Below, piece after piece: positions 63,430-64,000 of a stretch of DNA of 64,000 nt. The stretch comes from Paraspadella gotoi. Its lineage: Eukaryota; Animalia; Chaetognatha. The DNA lies in the NCBI GenBank assembly GCA_051294375.1, contig CM119271.1, positions 15,816,770 through 15,880,769 of the forward strand, in the 5' to 3' direction. The translations under genes were made by a program, and so were the position numbers. Every line of letters begins with the position of its first letter. The first letter of the stretch is position 1. Below the pieces are notes generated by a model. The model saw nothing but the letters and a program-made list of their open reading frames with translations. It had not been told where the DNA came from and did no database searches.

Positions 63430-64000
63430 CTTACCTTTCTTTATTCCTTTCTTCCGGACGTCATCTTCTCTTTTCTAATTTTTACTTATCTATTCGATCA
63501 AATCGACACGGACATTTTTCTCGACTACTGGCCGTATATTCTCAATGAATTTATCCCCCCAAAATTTTAAAATTAAATATTCAACGTAATATTTATATAT
63601 TTTTCTCCTAATTTAAAAATAACTTTTTACTTGTCGCAAGGATTTTCTCTAAATTTTGTTGTGGGGGGAAAAAGATTTTATCCTGAGGTGGAATTTCGGC
63701 GGACGATGGATGCAAGGGAAAGAGCAGCTGCCTGTAAAGAAAAGCCCTTGTCAAATTTGCTCATCGATGAGTGAAAAAAAAAGAGAGAGAGAGAGCGCTG
63801 TCATTCCCTCATCCGGAAAGTTCTCTTTCTCTTTCTTTCTATCTCTTTCTCTCTCTCTTCTGACTTTTTCTCTCTTTAACAGCTACATTTACCTGGTTTA
63901 TTATTTATCAATTTTCATTCCAGAGAAAGAAAACCAAAAATACGCAGTGCCAATGATTGGATTATGACAAAGAAAATAAACCAAAAATGTACTTGAGATA

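Overview
Eukaryotic (invertebrate metazoan-like) genomic window from a compact, gene-dense genome: GC/CpG-rich exons, short AT-rich spliceosomal introns, many GA/CT and TCG microsatellites and two 10-N assembly gaps. Gene models were spliced by hand and family calls rest on my recall of the reference proteins, not on a database search. Minus strand (1-20 kb): aminopeptidase O (3'-truncated by the window), SGF11/ATXN7L3, an intronless RBM4/lark-like RRM gene, and a divergent Rab GTPase with possible long upstream exons. Plus strand (23-63 kb): spinster, USF, a BTB gene with spaced zinc fingers, IQCC, a HAUS8-like gene, a PWWP+HMG-only NSD paralog, full-length NSD, an SRSF4/5/6 gene and two tandem ZDHHC16 paralogs. 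Most notable: (1) an antisense gene nested in a ZDHHC16 intron that encodes 3 SAP domains fused to a DNAJC7-type TPR/J protein with an intact HPD but apparently degenerate EEVD clamps; (2) a SET-less PWWP-HMG duplicate of NSD beside the full gene; (3) two small fold-back elements carrying minimal hammerhead ribozyme cores with different helix II sequences; (4) a tRNA-derived repeat with Helitron-like ends, a DINE-1/HINE-like family, and minisatellites that amplify exon/donor junctions.
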